Positions 11,042 to 23,429 of a DNA stretch of 64,000 nucleotides are shown one piece after another. The notes below the pieces were generated by a model. It was not told the DNA's origin. It ran no database searches and saw only the letters and a list, made by a program, of their open reading frames with translations. The position numbers were made by a program, and so were the translations under genes. This DNA is from Cladosporium halotolerans. Taxonomy: Eukaryota. The stretch spans positions 186,001 through 250,000 of the forward strand of contig NW_027191464.1 of assembly GCF_011745625.1 (NCBI RefSeq). The letters are read 5' to 3'. Positions within the stretch are counted from its first letter, which is position 1; the number at the start of each line of letters is the position of its first letter.

Positions 11042-13298
11042 GTGCAGCCGCGCCAGCCGCGCGGTCTGAGAGTCTGAGAAACCCCCAGCACCCAGCCAAC
11101 ACACCTCTTCACGACTTGATGACATGCGAAGAAGCGTCGCTGCTCTTGTGTGCATAGCCAAGCACTTGCTTTCCTTCGCTCGGACAAACGGGTGTCGCGC
11201 ATTCATATCTTGTGTCTGTCTATACCCGTTTCTTCTTTCGCTCTTTCCATCCATCCATCCGGCCATCTCACCCTCGTCCCTAGCGGATGTCCTGGGTTGA
11301 GAGGTTAGAGAGGAGGGGAGGGGGCGAAAAGATACACACCTTTTACATTCATCTTTTCCTTTCACCGTCCTTTCCTTTACGTCAAACCGCGCTTGTTTTT
11401 TTTGCTTGATATCACCTTTGAACTTTTTATTACTTGTTTCCTTGGTCTCTCGAATGCTCTCTTGTTTGGTTCTTGGAAATACATAAAAAGATCTAGGGTG
11501 AGAAAGAGGGGAAAAGACAATCGCAACGACGTACTTCTTTGGACACTTTGTTCAACTATCTCGAAGGGATCCCGGCCTGGTCGGTCGGTCGGTCGTGTCG
11601 GCCTTTTCATTAGTGACGGCGGTGTCGATAATACCTTATCTATCAATCTTGCACTTTATTCCTGCCTTGCCTCACGCTCTCTCCACAATCTCATCTTCAC
11701 AGATTCACTCTCTCGCTACCTCCCACTCTCAAAGCCACGAACTGAAGTGCCGCAAAGTGGAACCGTGGAGTCGGGACTCAGGCGCGCTGAACCGTGGTAC
11801 GACTTCTCGGAGATTTTCCTGAGTTCCCGGGCGGGCCCCTGAGCCAGCGCGGGCTGCGAGGGCTGCACCCCTGACGTTCGGTAGGGCGGGGCGGACCGTG
11901 ATGGCTTGGACTGCACTGCTCTTGCGCGAGGTACTTCTGTGATGTATCGATACCTTGAGCGATCGGACTGCGTTGAGTTGCTGTCGTTGATGCGATAGGT
12001 TTCGTGCTGGCTGGAAGGTAGGGTGTGGTTGGGAGTGTCTTTGGTCGGGCGAGACCTGAGGCTCGGTCGCGCGGTGGAGATTGGGGGGACGGGAGGGTTG
12101 GCGGCGATGGTTGCGGTGCTGTGGCGGACTGCCTCGACAAGGTTTGCGGATATACGTACGTATCTGAGAACATGTTGTTTCGCTTATTGTTGATGGATGA
12201 TGTACAGCTCTCGCGCCGCAGATGGCAAGGCCGAAGGCGACACTTGAGGTATCATCAGCATACGTTCGATCAGGAGCGCCGCTCGCTACTTCCGGCGCGG
12301 CTGTTGGAGGACGACAGAGGGCATTGGAAGGCTCGACATTGACTTTTTTTTTTTTTTTGGGAAATGGCTGAAGCTATTGAGATGTTGAGTGGGCGTTTTA
12401 TCTGAGCAGGACCGGTCCGCGCAGCAGGAACCTTGAAGTGATCCCTTCAGGAAGGATGCCGAACTTTATTGCAGCGTTGCTGCCGGCCTTTGGCTTCGAA
12501 GCTCCTATCGTCAAACGCACTCATACAATAATTCATCATGAAAGCTGAGATCGGAGCCTCCTATCAACAAATTTCCATCCGACACGTTTCATGCTCTCGA
12601 CGTCATACGCTGCTATCCTCATCGTAATTCATACACCCGCGTCCTCGTCGGCCGAGCACCTCTGGGAACCTGACGCAAAGCAATCAACGCCTGAGGAACA
12701 GGATCGGCTGCTGAAGACGAACCCGAAGGGCGCCTCGAGAGAGTCGACCCAGAGGAAACTCTGTGGAACGAGTATCTCAAAGAGACGGCTGAGGACGGGA
12801 AGCCAAAGGTGGTCCTCCCTGAACTCACGCTCGTCGACACAACGTGGAAGAAGCGGGCGAAGCGGAGAGGGAGAAGGAAAGGGAGAGGGACGATGCTGCT
12901 GCCTCCAAAGACGAGGAAACGAGGAGACGAGCGACATGGAGGACTGTCTGCCAAAAACGCGTCGCTGTCTAAGACTGCTCGATCGATGTCAATACTGGAG
13001 AAGCATTGTCGATCACTGAATGGGACTGGAGCTTTCTTTTCCCGCATATCTGGAGCTGCTATCTATGCACTTGGACATATGCGAGTATCGCTCCTCACAA
13101 GCCCTGGCTTTTCACCTCCCGCTGGCCATGTCGGGCTATCGTCATCCCCAATGGATACACCTTTCAAGATCTGCCTCAGGGACACACAACCCTGCGTTGA
13201 AGTTGTACTCATCTCCCCTAGACATCTCGATATGCTACCATCTGCTATGTGCTTACACCCGCTATCAGATCCGAAACGACGTTCTGAGTCCGCTCCCA

Positions 13299-13520
13299 TG
13301 TCCTCATACGAAAACCTCAGGCAGCCGCTAATATGCGCACACCGACCCTGTCACTCAGGATGAGGAGACCATCGTTTGTCCTCACAGTGTCCTCACACTG
13401 TCCTCATACCAACTCTAGAGCTGCTATCAAGAAACGCCATCCTATCGTTGCGAATTGATAAGACCGGAAGTCTGGTTTCCATGTCCTCACGCGTCCTCAT
13501 TTGTCCTCACAATGTCCTCA
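13299..13520. repeat. Array of 8 (T/C)GTCCTCA motifs in two phased clusters upstream of the 13712 gene
   Basis: Copies start at 13299; 13377, 13388, 13399; 13482, 13492, 13502, 13513. Confidence 0.8.
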
Positions 13521-13711
13521 TGCGAAACTTAGCAGTAATACCGTTGTCTGTTCCCTGAGTATATCATAAACGCCCATCATGCCTGCATTACGGTTGTTTC
13601 CAAGGATACCATTCCCATTACCAATCCGTCCCCTTTGGCTACAAGCACGCTGACACCAGCCCAACCACTCAAACACACCGCAAAGCCTCTTAGCAAGCCA
13701 ATCACGTCAAC

Positions 13712-14782
13712 ATGAACTCTTACCGCCCCATACAGAGGCGCAGGGACGACCAGTCCCTCTCCCCACCCAGGCGGGAGCGAGACGTGAGGAACATCAACTG
13801 GAGAGACCGGCAGTCTTCCTCCTCCCGGAGCACGTCGCCCCCCAAAGACGAGGAGGACAGCTCGCCCAACTGGCGTGGGCAACGTTCTGACTCTTCGGAG
13901 TCATCTGGCAACGGTTTCCCGAGGAGAAACGCCCCCAGCGGTCCTCGCAACCGCAACAACTCTGGCTCTGGTCGTCTCAATGGCCACACCAACAACTCGT
14001 GGCGCAACCAGCGCAACCAGCACGATGCTCCCAGGCGCGACTCCGGGGACTTCGTCAACGCCGACGACGTCGCTCCCGGCCTCATTCTCCAGCTGCCGCA
14101 GCCGCTACTGAGAGGCTGCATCTTTCGGGAGTCCCGCGAGCTGAGGAGACAGCCGCATGTCAACGAGCACGCCGGCGGGCACCCGACGATCGTCTGGGAC
14201 ACGTACGTGCGCCACGACGGCGAGAAGATCGCGCGCTGCCTGCAGGTCACGTCCTTCAGCTGCCAGGGCGAGGAGGGCCAGTACCACCAGACGGTGGAGG
14301 AGAAGTACAGCCGCGGCGGCGGCGCCTGGAAGGTGCAGGTCCAGTACCTGCCCATCGACCACGACGCGCGCTCCTCCTCGCGCACCAACCAGCCCATCCT
14401 GAAGCTCGCGGACGGCAGGAACATGGACCACCAGTCCTACGCGCACCTCGACCACTTCTTCGAGATCGAGGCGCGCCTGCTCAAGCACATGCCCGGCGGT
14501 GGCCCCGACCGCCGCCTGACCGAGGACTCGCTGTGCGTTGTCGTCTGGAAGCTGCGCCAGTTCTTCGACGACACGATCTGTCGTCGTCAGTGGCACCCGG
14601 ACAGCAGGTTCCCCAAGTCGCCGCTTGACGAGGGTGGTTGCGGGAAGCCGAGGGACCTCAGCGAGAGCGTCAGGCGGCTCGAGGCGCGTGGTGCTCGGAT
14701 TGAGCGCGAGAGATTAGCGTCGACTGGGACGCGCCTCATCACTGGTTACGAGAATTCCTTGCCTTCGATCTATGCTCGTTGA
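13712..14782 (+). CDS. Hypothetical protein, 356 aa: disordered R/S/N-rich N-terminus plus globular C-terminal domain with PemK/MazF-like motif order
   Basis: Intronless ORF with strong codon bias; C-half motifs PGLIL..GHPTIVW..CLQVTSF..YLPI..L.L..QSYAHLDHFFEIEARLL..RLTEDS. The gene is well supported, the fold is inference. Confidence 0.75.
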   Translation: MNSYRPIQRRRDDQSLSPPRRERDVRNINWRDRQSSSSRSTSPPKDEEDSSPNWRGQRSDSSESSGNGFPRRNAPSGPRNRNNSGSGRLNGHTNNSWRNQRNQHDAPRRDSGDFVNADDVAPGLILQLPQPLLRGCIFRESRELRRQPHVNEHAGGHPTIVWDTYVRHDGEKIARCLQVTSFSCQGEEGQYHQTVEEKYSRGGGAWKVQVQYLPIDHDARSSSRTNQPILKLADGRNMDHQSYAHLDHFFEIEARLLKHMPGGGPDRRLTEDSLCVVVWKLRQFFDDTICRRQWHPDSRFPKSPLDEGGCGKPRDLSESVRRLEARGARIERERLASTGTRLITGYENSLPSIYAR

Positions 14783-16422
14783 GCTAGGCGGGGTGGTTGA
14801 TCGATCGATCGATCGATTGATAAATCAATACGTTGCTGAGCGGCGGTGCTAATATCTGCTTTCGGGTCATTGAAGGCACTGCAAGAACGAGAGAATGAAT
14901 CACGAATGACGATCACATGGGCGGCAAGCAAAGGCGTTTCCGCTTGAAGATACCCTTTATTACTAGACTGCTTTCTACTGCTTTGTTGTTTTAGTCATGA
15001 GGAGGGAGAACGGGAACCTCTGCGCGTTGCTTTTGAGTGTTTGCTTGGGCGTTTCTCGAGTATCAAGTTGTTTTTCTCGCAACTTCAGTCATTCTCATGT
15101 GTTGCTTCCGTCGTTCGTGGATCATCATCGTTCATGCAATGCCCTTGAGATGCCCGCTTCCCAGATCCCCAAATGCAGCTTTCCACTGCGCACCTCCGCA
15201 CCTATTTAATCATATGTACTGCTACCAACGCCTCCCAACGCACTCTCTGGGACCCCACTGGCGAAACGCAGAATCGACAGGGAGTACATGGCGACTTCGC
15301 TACGCGGGCTCTCACAATGCAACACCTCGCCCAACTGGACCGAAGAATTACCTTGAGATGCCGTCTGGCTTGACGGTTTCGCCTCTTATAATGCAAGCCT
15401 CGCTTTGCATGCGACGCCTGCCGCCAGAAGCCGCGTCCTGATCCTATGCCGGGTCTGCCAAGGTGACCCGCTTGTGCATCAAGTCCGCGTGCTGCCCAAG
15501 GAAGACATTCACTTCGACGGCAATCTCTAGCCTCCACTCTCAGTTCTCCGACGAAGCGAACGCGCTGCTGCCATAGTCCTCAGCTAGATGTAACTACAGA
15601 TCGCCGTTGAAGACACCCGTTGCCCGACGACCCTTGGTTCTCCATGTCTGGAACCGATGTCGTCAGTCGAAAGACTCGGGACGCTGCTGCCATCGCCGCA
15701 AAGGTCTCGCGCTCGTCTCTGAAGTCTCCCGAGGCGCCGAAGGTCGAACGAAGCTGTTTGCGACAGCCGCCGAGTTCTTCCAAGCTGCGCTCGACGCAGT
15801 TTCTAGGTCATGGGAGTGACGCTGTCGCTGGGGTGCATCTCGATCGTGCTTCGCAAACGCATGCCATTATACCCGGCCGATGCCATTCATCGACTCATCG
15901 ACGACGTACGAGACAAGCGCTTTCGTTGCCGCAGTGTGCACGACCTTTCGCCCAAATCGACAGCTACTACCTTCTGGCGAGCTATGAATCGTCGATGACA
16001 CACTCCCTGGGTCTAGTCAGGCCCGACATCGAGAGCATCTTCGCCGCCCTGCCATTTAGTGATTCACATGTCGTACTGGGTCCTGGTGCGATCGCGCTGT
16101 TCGCGCGCCGGAGACCGGCAGGGCCGTACTTAGCGGTTCCTTTATGTTCGAGCTGAGCGCAAGTGATTTGAGGTCTAATTGTCTTACAACGGAAGTCACT
16201 CAATTAGAAGTCACTCAAGTGAAGGCTAAGTCGTCACTACCGGAAGGTGAAATCAAGGAAACTGGATCTTTTCATTGAGGCTCATAGAGACTGCAGTGAA
16301 TGCAATGCTCGAAACAGAATTGACCTCATGCTTACACTCCATTACACACCATGCATGCATGCCATCGCGCCGAGAAATGCCGATGCATATCGAAACCATC
16401 AACACCACGCTCAAACGCCAAT

Positions 16423-19400
16423 TCAAGGCTTGAAAATCTCTCTGGCTCTCGGCAGCCTGCCATCCTCGTTCCTCGTTCCGTCGCGATAAGCCAGCTGACC
16501 GTCCGATATTATCGGAAGCATGTTCGCCGGATAATCCCAGAACTCCTCCAGTGTTTTGCACTCTTTGCGCGTGGGGTCGATGTCCGGGTCCTCCCAGGGA
16601 TACGGGTTGCTGGCATCGAACAGTGTCCTCGACCTCTTCTCCGGCGACGCCATCGTCGGGTTCATCGGGATACTTGTGCGACCCTCTTGTCTCCCCAAGC
16701 GCGAATGCGACGCTGGCTTGCCGAACATCTGTTTCCTAGTTGGGCGTTTGCGGATCTCCGCTAGCTTCTCTTCGGGGTCGAAGCTTTCCTCATCGCGGTA
16801 CTCTGGCCACTCATCGAAGAGGGATGTAACCATTCGTTTGGGCTTATCCTGATTGTTGTCGAGGGGAAGGTCTTGTCCTGAGAACTTGCGCAGACCTTGG
16901 ACAGACAGAGTCACCAATCCGGGTCTCTTCGGAGCAGTAGAACGAATGAACGAGCCGTCATAGTTTCCACATGTTGGTGCTGTAGATGGTTTGGTCGCAC
17001 CCTGAACAGCAGGCTGAGCTTGCTGCATGCTCACGCGTGAAGGGGTCTGCTGCGGTAAATAACCGTGTTCAGCATTGCTCAGCTGTTCAATGCGCCGCCT
17101 TCGCTTGGAAAGAGGTTCATCATCTGAAGATAAAGCTGCCGGCTCTGGTGTGCCTTCCGCATTGTTACCACCCTTTTGCATGTCGAGTATGTCGCACGCC
17201 TCGATACCAGCAGCTAGCAGGTCACTAGCTGTTTGATCTTCGTCAATATCCATGCGATCGTCCTCTGGTGTTTGCGCACGCCTCTCAGCCGCAGGTTGCA
17301 TGTCGGCGCCCCCAATAGACTCACTCGGTAACGGTGCTTTCTCTGTCGTGGCTGCCTTTTTCGGCGCTCCTGCCTTCTTCTTACAAAAAGTGCACAACTT
17401 GTTCTTACCGGACGGGACTTGCGCTATCTTTTTACCACACTCTTGACACTCCACGGTCCTGGGGCCTCGAGGGCCTTTTGCAGGACCTGATCGTGCAGTC
17501 AGGCTTGAGCGAGACGCACCCTTCAGAGTGTCCGATGAAAGTCTCTCTCGGGAATCACGCTGCGCGCTAGGTGCTTGAAGTCCTTTGCTCGCGTTGAATT
17601 TCTCTTCTCCCCCTTTGCGGGACTCTTCCGGTGACTCTGGGACTTCGAGCCGACTTCCTGCATGTGGCGCAATTTGTGCTGGAAGCTCTCTTTTCGCTGA
17701 CGACGATCTACTGGACATCTTCGTCGACGAGCTCATCACGTTGGACGTTGGTTCACCAGTGGGCGTCGCATCATCTATTTGATTCTGCACACCCAATGAA
17801 TTGGGTTCGATGCTCTTCGCAATCTCGGACTGATGTCTCCGCTGAGCATAAGCTCTTAGGTCCGCAGCAGAAGACCTTGCGCTGCTCTGTCCGTTGTTCA
17901 CAGTCTGTGAAGTATGCTCGCGCGATTGCCCGTTGGCAACGTCTTTCTCATTGGTATTCTCAGGCTGTGGCTGCCGAGTATGCTCGCGCGATTGCTCGTT
18001 GGCAATGACTTTCTCCTTTATATTCTCAGGCTGTGGCTGCCGAGTATGCTCGCGCGATTGCTCGTTGGCAATGGCTTTCTCCTTGATATTCTCAGGCTGT
18101 GGCTGCCGAGTATGCTCGCGCGATTGCTCGTGGGCTACGAGTTTCTCCTTGATATTCTCAGGCTGTGGCTGCCGAGTCTCATCGAAACTTTTGGACATTG
18201 ACGGTAGCAATTTTGTCCTTGTGAATTTCAACTTGCCCGAGTTTGATGCATTATCTTTGGCGTTGATCATTTCCTCAGCCGCTGCAAAACTCTGCGCAAC
18301 TAAAAGGTCAGTATCGGAAAGCGATTCCGCTTCTTTACCTGCTATCGAGGGTAATTCTGTGAACGATTCATGGCTTGGCTCAATCGATTGCATCTTCGAG
18401 TCGTATATCTCATCGCTAGCGGGAGCCTTCGGCGTGTCTGTGGTTGGAGCATCACCCGCCGCTGAAACTACATCATTAGACGATCCACGAAGGCCCTCAG
18501 CGCGGATCTGCGGCGGTGAGGTGTGACTCTCTGATCGGAAGGGTGCTGGATCGGAAGAAGGAACTGCAGTGTTAATATTCATGCGCTTCCTTACGCAACG
18601 ACGGCAGCTCCAGGCATGATCGTCGCTTAGAATGGCAGGAATGGGTGGCTCCTTGTGGCATCGACCGTGATACTTTCTCTTACAAGTCGAGCATTGCACG
18701 AGGTCTGGATATCCTGGTACAGGCTTTTGCTTGCAAACATGACAAGCATCTCGTGTACTCTGTCGGACACTATCGGATCGAGTGACAGCGCTGGCCAGTG
18801 ACGCTGTGTCATCATGTTCAGAACGCAATGACAGCTGGCTGGAAGGTAGATCATGTGTGCCACGCCTATCCATTTGCAGCACAGGCGTGTGACGGTGCTG
18901 AGGCTGCGAACCCGCAACCCGTATCGATGAATCATGCTCTTCTAGCCTTGGCGATCCGTTTCTGGCTGCCTGATTTTCCCTGAGGAAGTTAGGATATGAA
19001 GTCTCTTGGTCCTTGGAGCGCTTCAGGCACGATGTTGGCGGCGCTTGTGAAGGAGAGATCCCTTGTTGGTCTTGATTCGAAGAGGTGAAGCCAGGTTTGC
19101 TGATGCCTCCGGCTTGTCCGCTCACACCCCGGGGGAATTTTTTCATGTTGAGCTGGTATTCATTAAACAGACAGCGCATGTGGTATTCCCTGTGGCATCG
19201 CTCCAGTGTTTGACGTCCCGTTGGAGTTCTCTCGTATATCAAGTACCATCCACTGTGGTCTCTCCGTATTCTCCTCGGTCCGAGAGATTTGAGCAGGCCC
19301 TTGAGATGAGTCTCTATCTTGACAAGCACAGGGAGATCCCTGGCTGATATGAAGATATGAGGAGATTGCATGGCTTCTTCGGTATCTCGCAACTCGTCCT

Positions 19401-20257
19401 GGTTGAGGTTGATACTCTTAGGACCAACCGGTACATCTTTGAGACCTTCGAAGTCGATCACTCTCCCGACACTGTTAGTTCGACCACGAGAGTTGGAACT
19501 GTGAGGGCTTGTCCCGCCCTCGCGGAATACGTGAGCATCTTCCGAATCTCGAGGTCGCCTGTAAGCGTTCTCTAAAGACCAGTCCACGGTACGAGGCGGA
19601 TATCTCAAGAGGTTGGGTTGCGGTGTAAAACTGCTCACGGGTGAAAGTGGTGAGTTTTCATTAGGGCGATAGCAATCACCTGTCCTTGGAATCCTCTCAT
19701 TGTTATCACGCACAAATCTGTGACGAACGCTCCCAGAAGAAGCGACCGGAGAACTGGTGTTGTTATGGAACACGCCTGGCGGACTGCGTCGACGTATGCC
19801 AGAATCTGGCGACTGCGCCGATCGCTTCCGAGGCAATGAGAATGAGGACTCTCGTGACACGGTAGGCGATCTGCCTCGATCGCGGCGCGAATTTCCGATC
19901 GAGGTATCATTTGCGTCATTGTAATCAGAACCACGGTCTTGCATTGCCTGGAGGTGACATTAGCGCTCGCGAAGCACACAGTGTTTGACGACTACAATGC
20001 CGTAACGAGAATGAAAGCGACTCAGACATGAAAGTTTTGCCTCAGCCCCCCTCGACAGGTTAAGTGTTTGCCGGAGCAAACCGAAACACGCCTCAAGGGG
20101 GTCAGACCTTTTACCATAATATATCATCCTTGTGAACGATCGCTGCCTTAGCGACGAAAAGAGGGGAGCATGAACTTACGTTACCCGATAGCGTTCGTGG
20201 CCTTACAGCAGAGTTGTTGAGGCTTTGCTGTGCAGGCCCAGACTGTTCCTGCCCCAT
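16423..20257 (-). CDS. Large low-complexity nuclear protein with SET_assoc-like domain, PHD finger and C-terminal conserved-looking block; probable exons 20257-20180 and 19947-16423
   Basis: 1173-aa ORF; C4HC3 PHD CHVC..LVQCSTCKRKYHGRC..WSCRRC; second CxxC..CxxC; upstream 26-codon exon ends at GTAAGT and splices in phase 0 to a GCTAAT..CCAG acceptor at 19948. 5' exon structure less certain. Confidence 0.8.
17911..18177 (-). repeat. 66-bp coding tandem repeat, 4 copies (22-aa unit HTRQPQPENIKEKxIANEQSRE)
   Basis: Unit starts AGTATGCTCG at 17911, 17977, 18043, 18109; near-identical copies. Confidence 0.95.
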
Positions 20258-20853
20258 GTTGAATGAGCGTGTGTGCGATCTGTACGCACTCATCGGCAGG
20301 CTTCAAAGAATTTATCGACGTGTCGCTCGTTGTTCATCACTAAGTCAGGGCAGATAGTGTCCCAGATCTGCCCATGTGTTGAGGAGTTCGATCGACATAC
20401 GCCACGATGGCTGCTCAGTGCTCAAGGTTGCGGTAGCCTATGCAAAGCAACGACAGTGCACAATTTGTGACGGACCGCTGTTGATGATGCGAAAGTGATG
20501 AACCGGTGTGATGAGAATCTACCAGCAGAGGTGGAATTCGTGTTTGTGTTGTGAGTAGGAAATGAAGCGGCGAACGGCTGCCTATGTACGCGGTCGCGAA
20601 GATGGAAAGCGCGAGCGCGAGTGAAGTCGCGGGGCAGGCACGCAGGGATGAGGCATCAAGGGTTTCAGCTGGCGTTCGCCCGCGTCCGCGCCCGTGCGTC
20701 AGACGTCAGGCAGCGAGCGTCGAGCGTGTGGTGGGATAGATGTCCCGAAGCGAGATTCGAATTGGTGGCATTTATTCGACTTGATAAGATCTAACCAGAC
20801 ACCTACTGTGTTGTTGCTATCCCTTTGATATCGCGGTGTCTGGGTCGCTCACC

Positions 20854-23429
20854 ATGGACTTTCTCAAGTCGGCGGTCGCTTCTATCGCCAAAGGGCCAGC
20901 GTTTCCATACTCCTTTGGCGACCGAGTCGACATCGATCAGTCAATCTGGACTTTACACAACGGCACCAGGAGGGTACGCACACTTGAACTCATGCAAATA
21001 CAACTTGTCGGCGCCGCTTACACACCATCAGGAAGACAATTCGAAATGTAGCATCTTCTCCTTCGACGTCAACGCAAACCGCTCCCGCCTGCCTCTCGCT
21101 CGCAATGCCCTTAGGAAACTCAAAACGCTGCGTCACCCTGGTGTTGTGAGGGTCTTGGATACGGTGGAGGTTGGTTCTCCTCGACGAAAGATACAGGTTC
21201 AAGAGCATGCCGCTGATTGGACGACAAGCTAGACAGACCAACTCATCTATATTGCAACGGAGCGTGTGACACCACTTGGATGGTCGACGAAGCGTAAATC
21301 GCTGTCAGAAGAGAGCTTGAAGTGGGGATTGCACAACATTGCTGTATGTGGACACAGGGAAAAGGAAAGCCAGGCAAGGAAGCCTATGCTGATTTCAGCA
21401 GAAAACACTCAAGTTCGTCAACGATGAAGCGGCTTCTGTGCATGGGAATGTACGCGCAGCTTCGGTATTCACATCCGAGAGCGGAGAATGGAAGCTTGCA
21501 GGGCTGGAGATCCTATCTTCCATGAAGGAAGATGACGCGATCATTTTCACACAGGGCAGCCTCGTGCCTGATATTGGCCGCTACACTCCACCCGAGATTG
21601 CAAAGAGTGGCTGGGATGCCGTGCGAAGCAATCCAATCCATGCTGTGGACTCTTACGGTTACGGCATCCTGGTCACGGAAGTCTTCAACGGTGGTTTCTC
21701 TGGAAGTGACCAGATCGGCAGCACAAAGAACATCCCACTCACCATGCAGACCAGCTATAAGAGGCTGACGCACGCGGTGCCAAAAATGCGATTGAGTATT
21801 GGCCACTTCTTGGATCAGGGCAGCAGAAGTGGAGGCTTCTTCGATACGCCTTTGATTCAATTGACTGACGGCATCGACAATCTCGGACTGAAATCTGAAT
21901 CGGAGCGTGAATCATTCCTGAAGTAAGTCAAGGCATATTACCGGGGACTAGCGCTTAGCTGACGATCATGCAGCGAACTCGAGGCGGTCGCGGAATCTGA
22001 TGACTTCCCTGAAGATTTCTTCAGAGTGAAGGTCGTACCAGAGCTCCTCAAATCTGTCGAGTTTGGTGGCGGAGGCCCTAAGCCTTTCGCATTGGTCATG
22101 CGCATTGCCACAAAGATGTCCGACGACGAGTATGACAGTCAGATCACGCCAGTCATCATTCGTCTCTTCACCAGTCCTGATCGAGCATTGCGAGTCTGCT
22201 TACTAGATAACTTGCCATTGATGATCGATCATCTCAGCCAAAAGATCGTTAGCGACAAGATATTCCCACAAATGGTCACTGGCTTCGGTGATCTGGCGCC
22301 GCTGGTGCGCGAGCAGACGGTCAAAGCAGTACTGGTGGTCGTGCCAAAGCTCTCAGACCGAGTTGTCAACGGCGAACTTCTGCGACATTTAGCCAAAACC
22401 GCGAACGACGAACAACCGGGCATCAGAACAAACACCACCATCTGTCTGGGGAAGATCGCCCGCAACCTCAGCGCCAGCTCCAGAGTCAAAGTCCTGACTG
22501 CCGCTTTCTCACGCGCACTGAGGGATCCGTTCGTTCACGGCAGAAACGCTGCGCTCATGGCTCTCGCCGCTACAGCAGACATTTATCCAGAGGATGATTG
22601 TGCCATGAAGATGCTGCCAGCTATCTGCCCGTGCTTGGTGGACAAGGAGAAGATGATTCGAGATCAAGCCAACAAGACAATGAACATCTACCTCGAACGG
22701 ATACGGAAATATGCAACTACTCTCCCTGACACCATTTTACCACCGCCGCAGTCCCAATCTGCTGGACCGACGAGGATGAGCTCACCTCAACCGGGCAACC
22801 AATGGATGGGTTGGGCCATCTCATCTTTCACAAACAAGCTCGGCACTGCGAGCGGAGATATTGTGCCAAACAGCGACGGCACCCAGCCCACGCCAATGGA
22901 ACGCCCTTCGTCAACGCCACCCGCGAATGGTACTTCCACGCGGCCACAAAGCCATACTGTCCCATCAGCGCCAGCGGTGCCTCGCGCGCCGTCCAATCTC
23001 CGTAATTCCACGTCAACTCCTACCCCAGATGTCGAAGATGAGGACTTCGGTGACGGATGGGGCGACATGGATGACAACGAGGGGGTGGCCGACGCCTGGG
23101 GTGCCGAGCCCACACCGGGCGCTGCGCCTTCATCACAAGCAGCAAAACCCACCACGCATTACGATGACGGTGGTGAGCCAGATTTCGAAGGCTGGCTGAA
23201 CGCACAAGCTGCAGCTAAGCAGAAGAACAACAAAGCTTTGCCAAAGGGTCTCACGAAGAAATCGCCGGCCGCTAAGCCTGCAGCAAGCAAACCGCCTGTA
23301 AGCACAAAGGTGGCATCTGCAGGTGTTGGAACAAACAAAGCTGCGATGGCCAAGAAGACGGAGACAGTGAAGAAGCAGCAACAGGAGGAAGCAGAAGAAG
23401 ATGATGATTGGGGTGATGCATGGGGCTGA
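20854..23429 (+). CDS. SCY1-like pseudokinase with HEAT repeats (Cex1/SCYL1 type); exons 20854-20973, 21032-21169, 21233-21343, 21402-21922, 21974-23429
   Basis: LKTLRHPGVVRVLD, YIATERVTPL, VHGNVR..SVFTSESGEWKLAG, HEAT region REQTVK..ANDEQPGIRTNTTICLGKIA..ALRDPFVHGR, acidic DDWGDAWG end; four canonical introns. Confidence 0.93.

Noticed and set aside
9332..11365. 677-aa Gly-rich antisense ORF
   Set aside because: Mirror of the codon-biased Ser/Thr-rich gene on the + strand; no independent protein features.
14798..14830. (GATC)n palindromic run after the 13712 gene
   Set aside because: Ordinary short microsatellite in a 3' flank.
17911..18177. 66-bp periodic repeat as a CRISPR array
   Set aside because: No unique spacers, in frame within a eukaryotic CDS, no cas genes.
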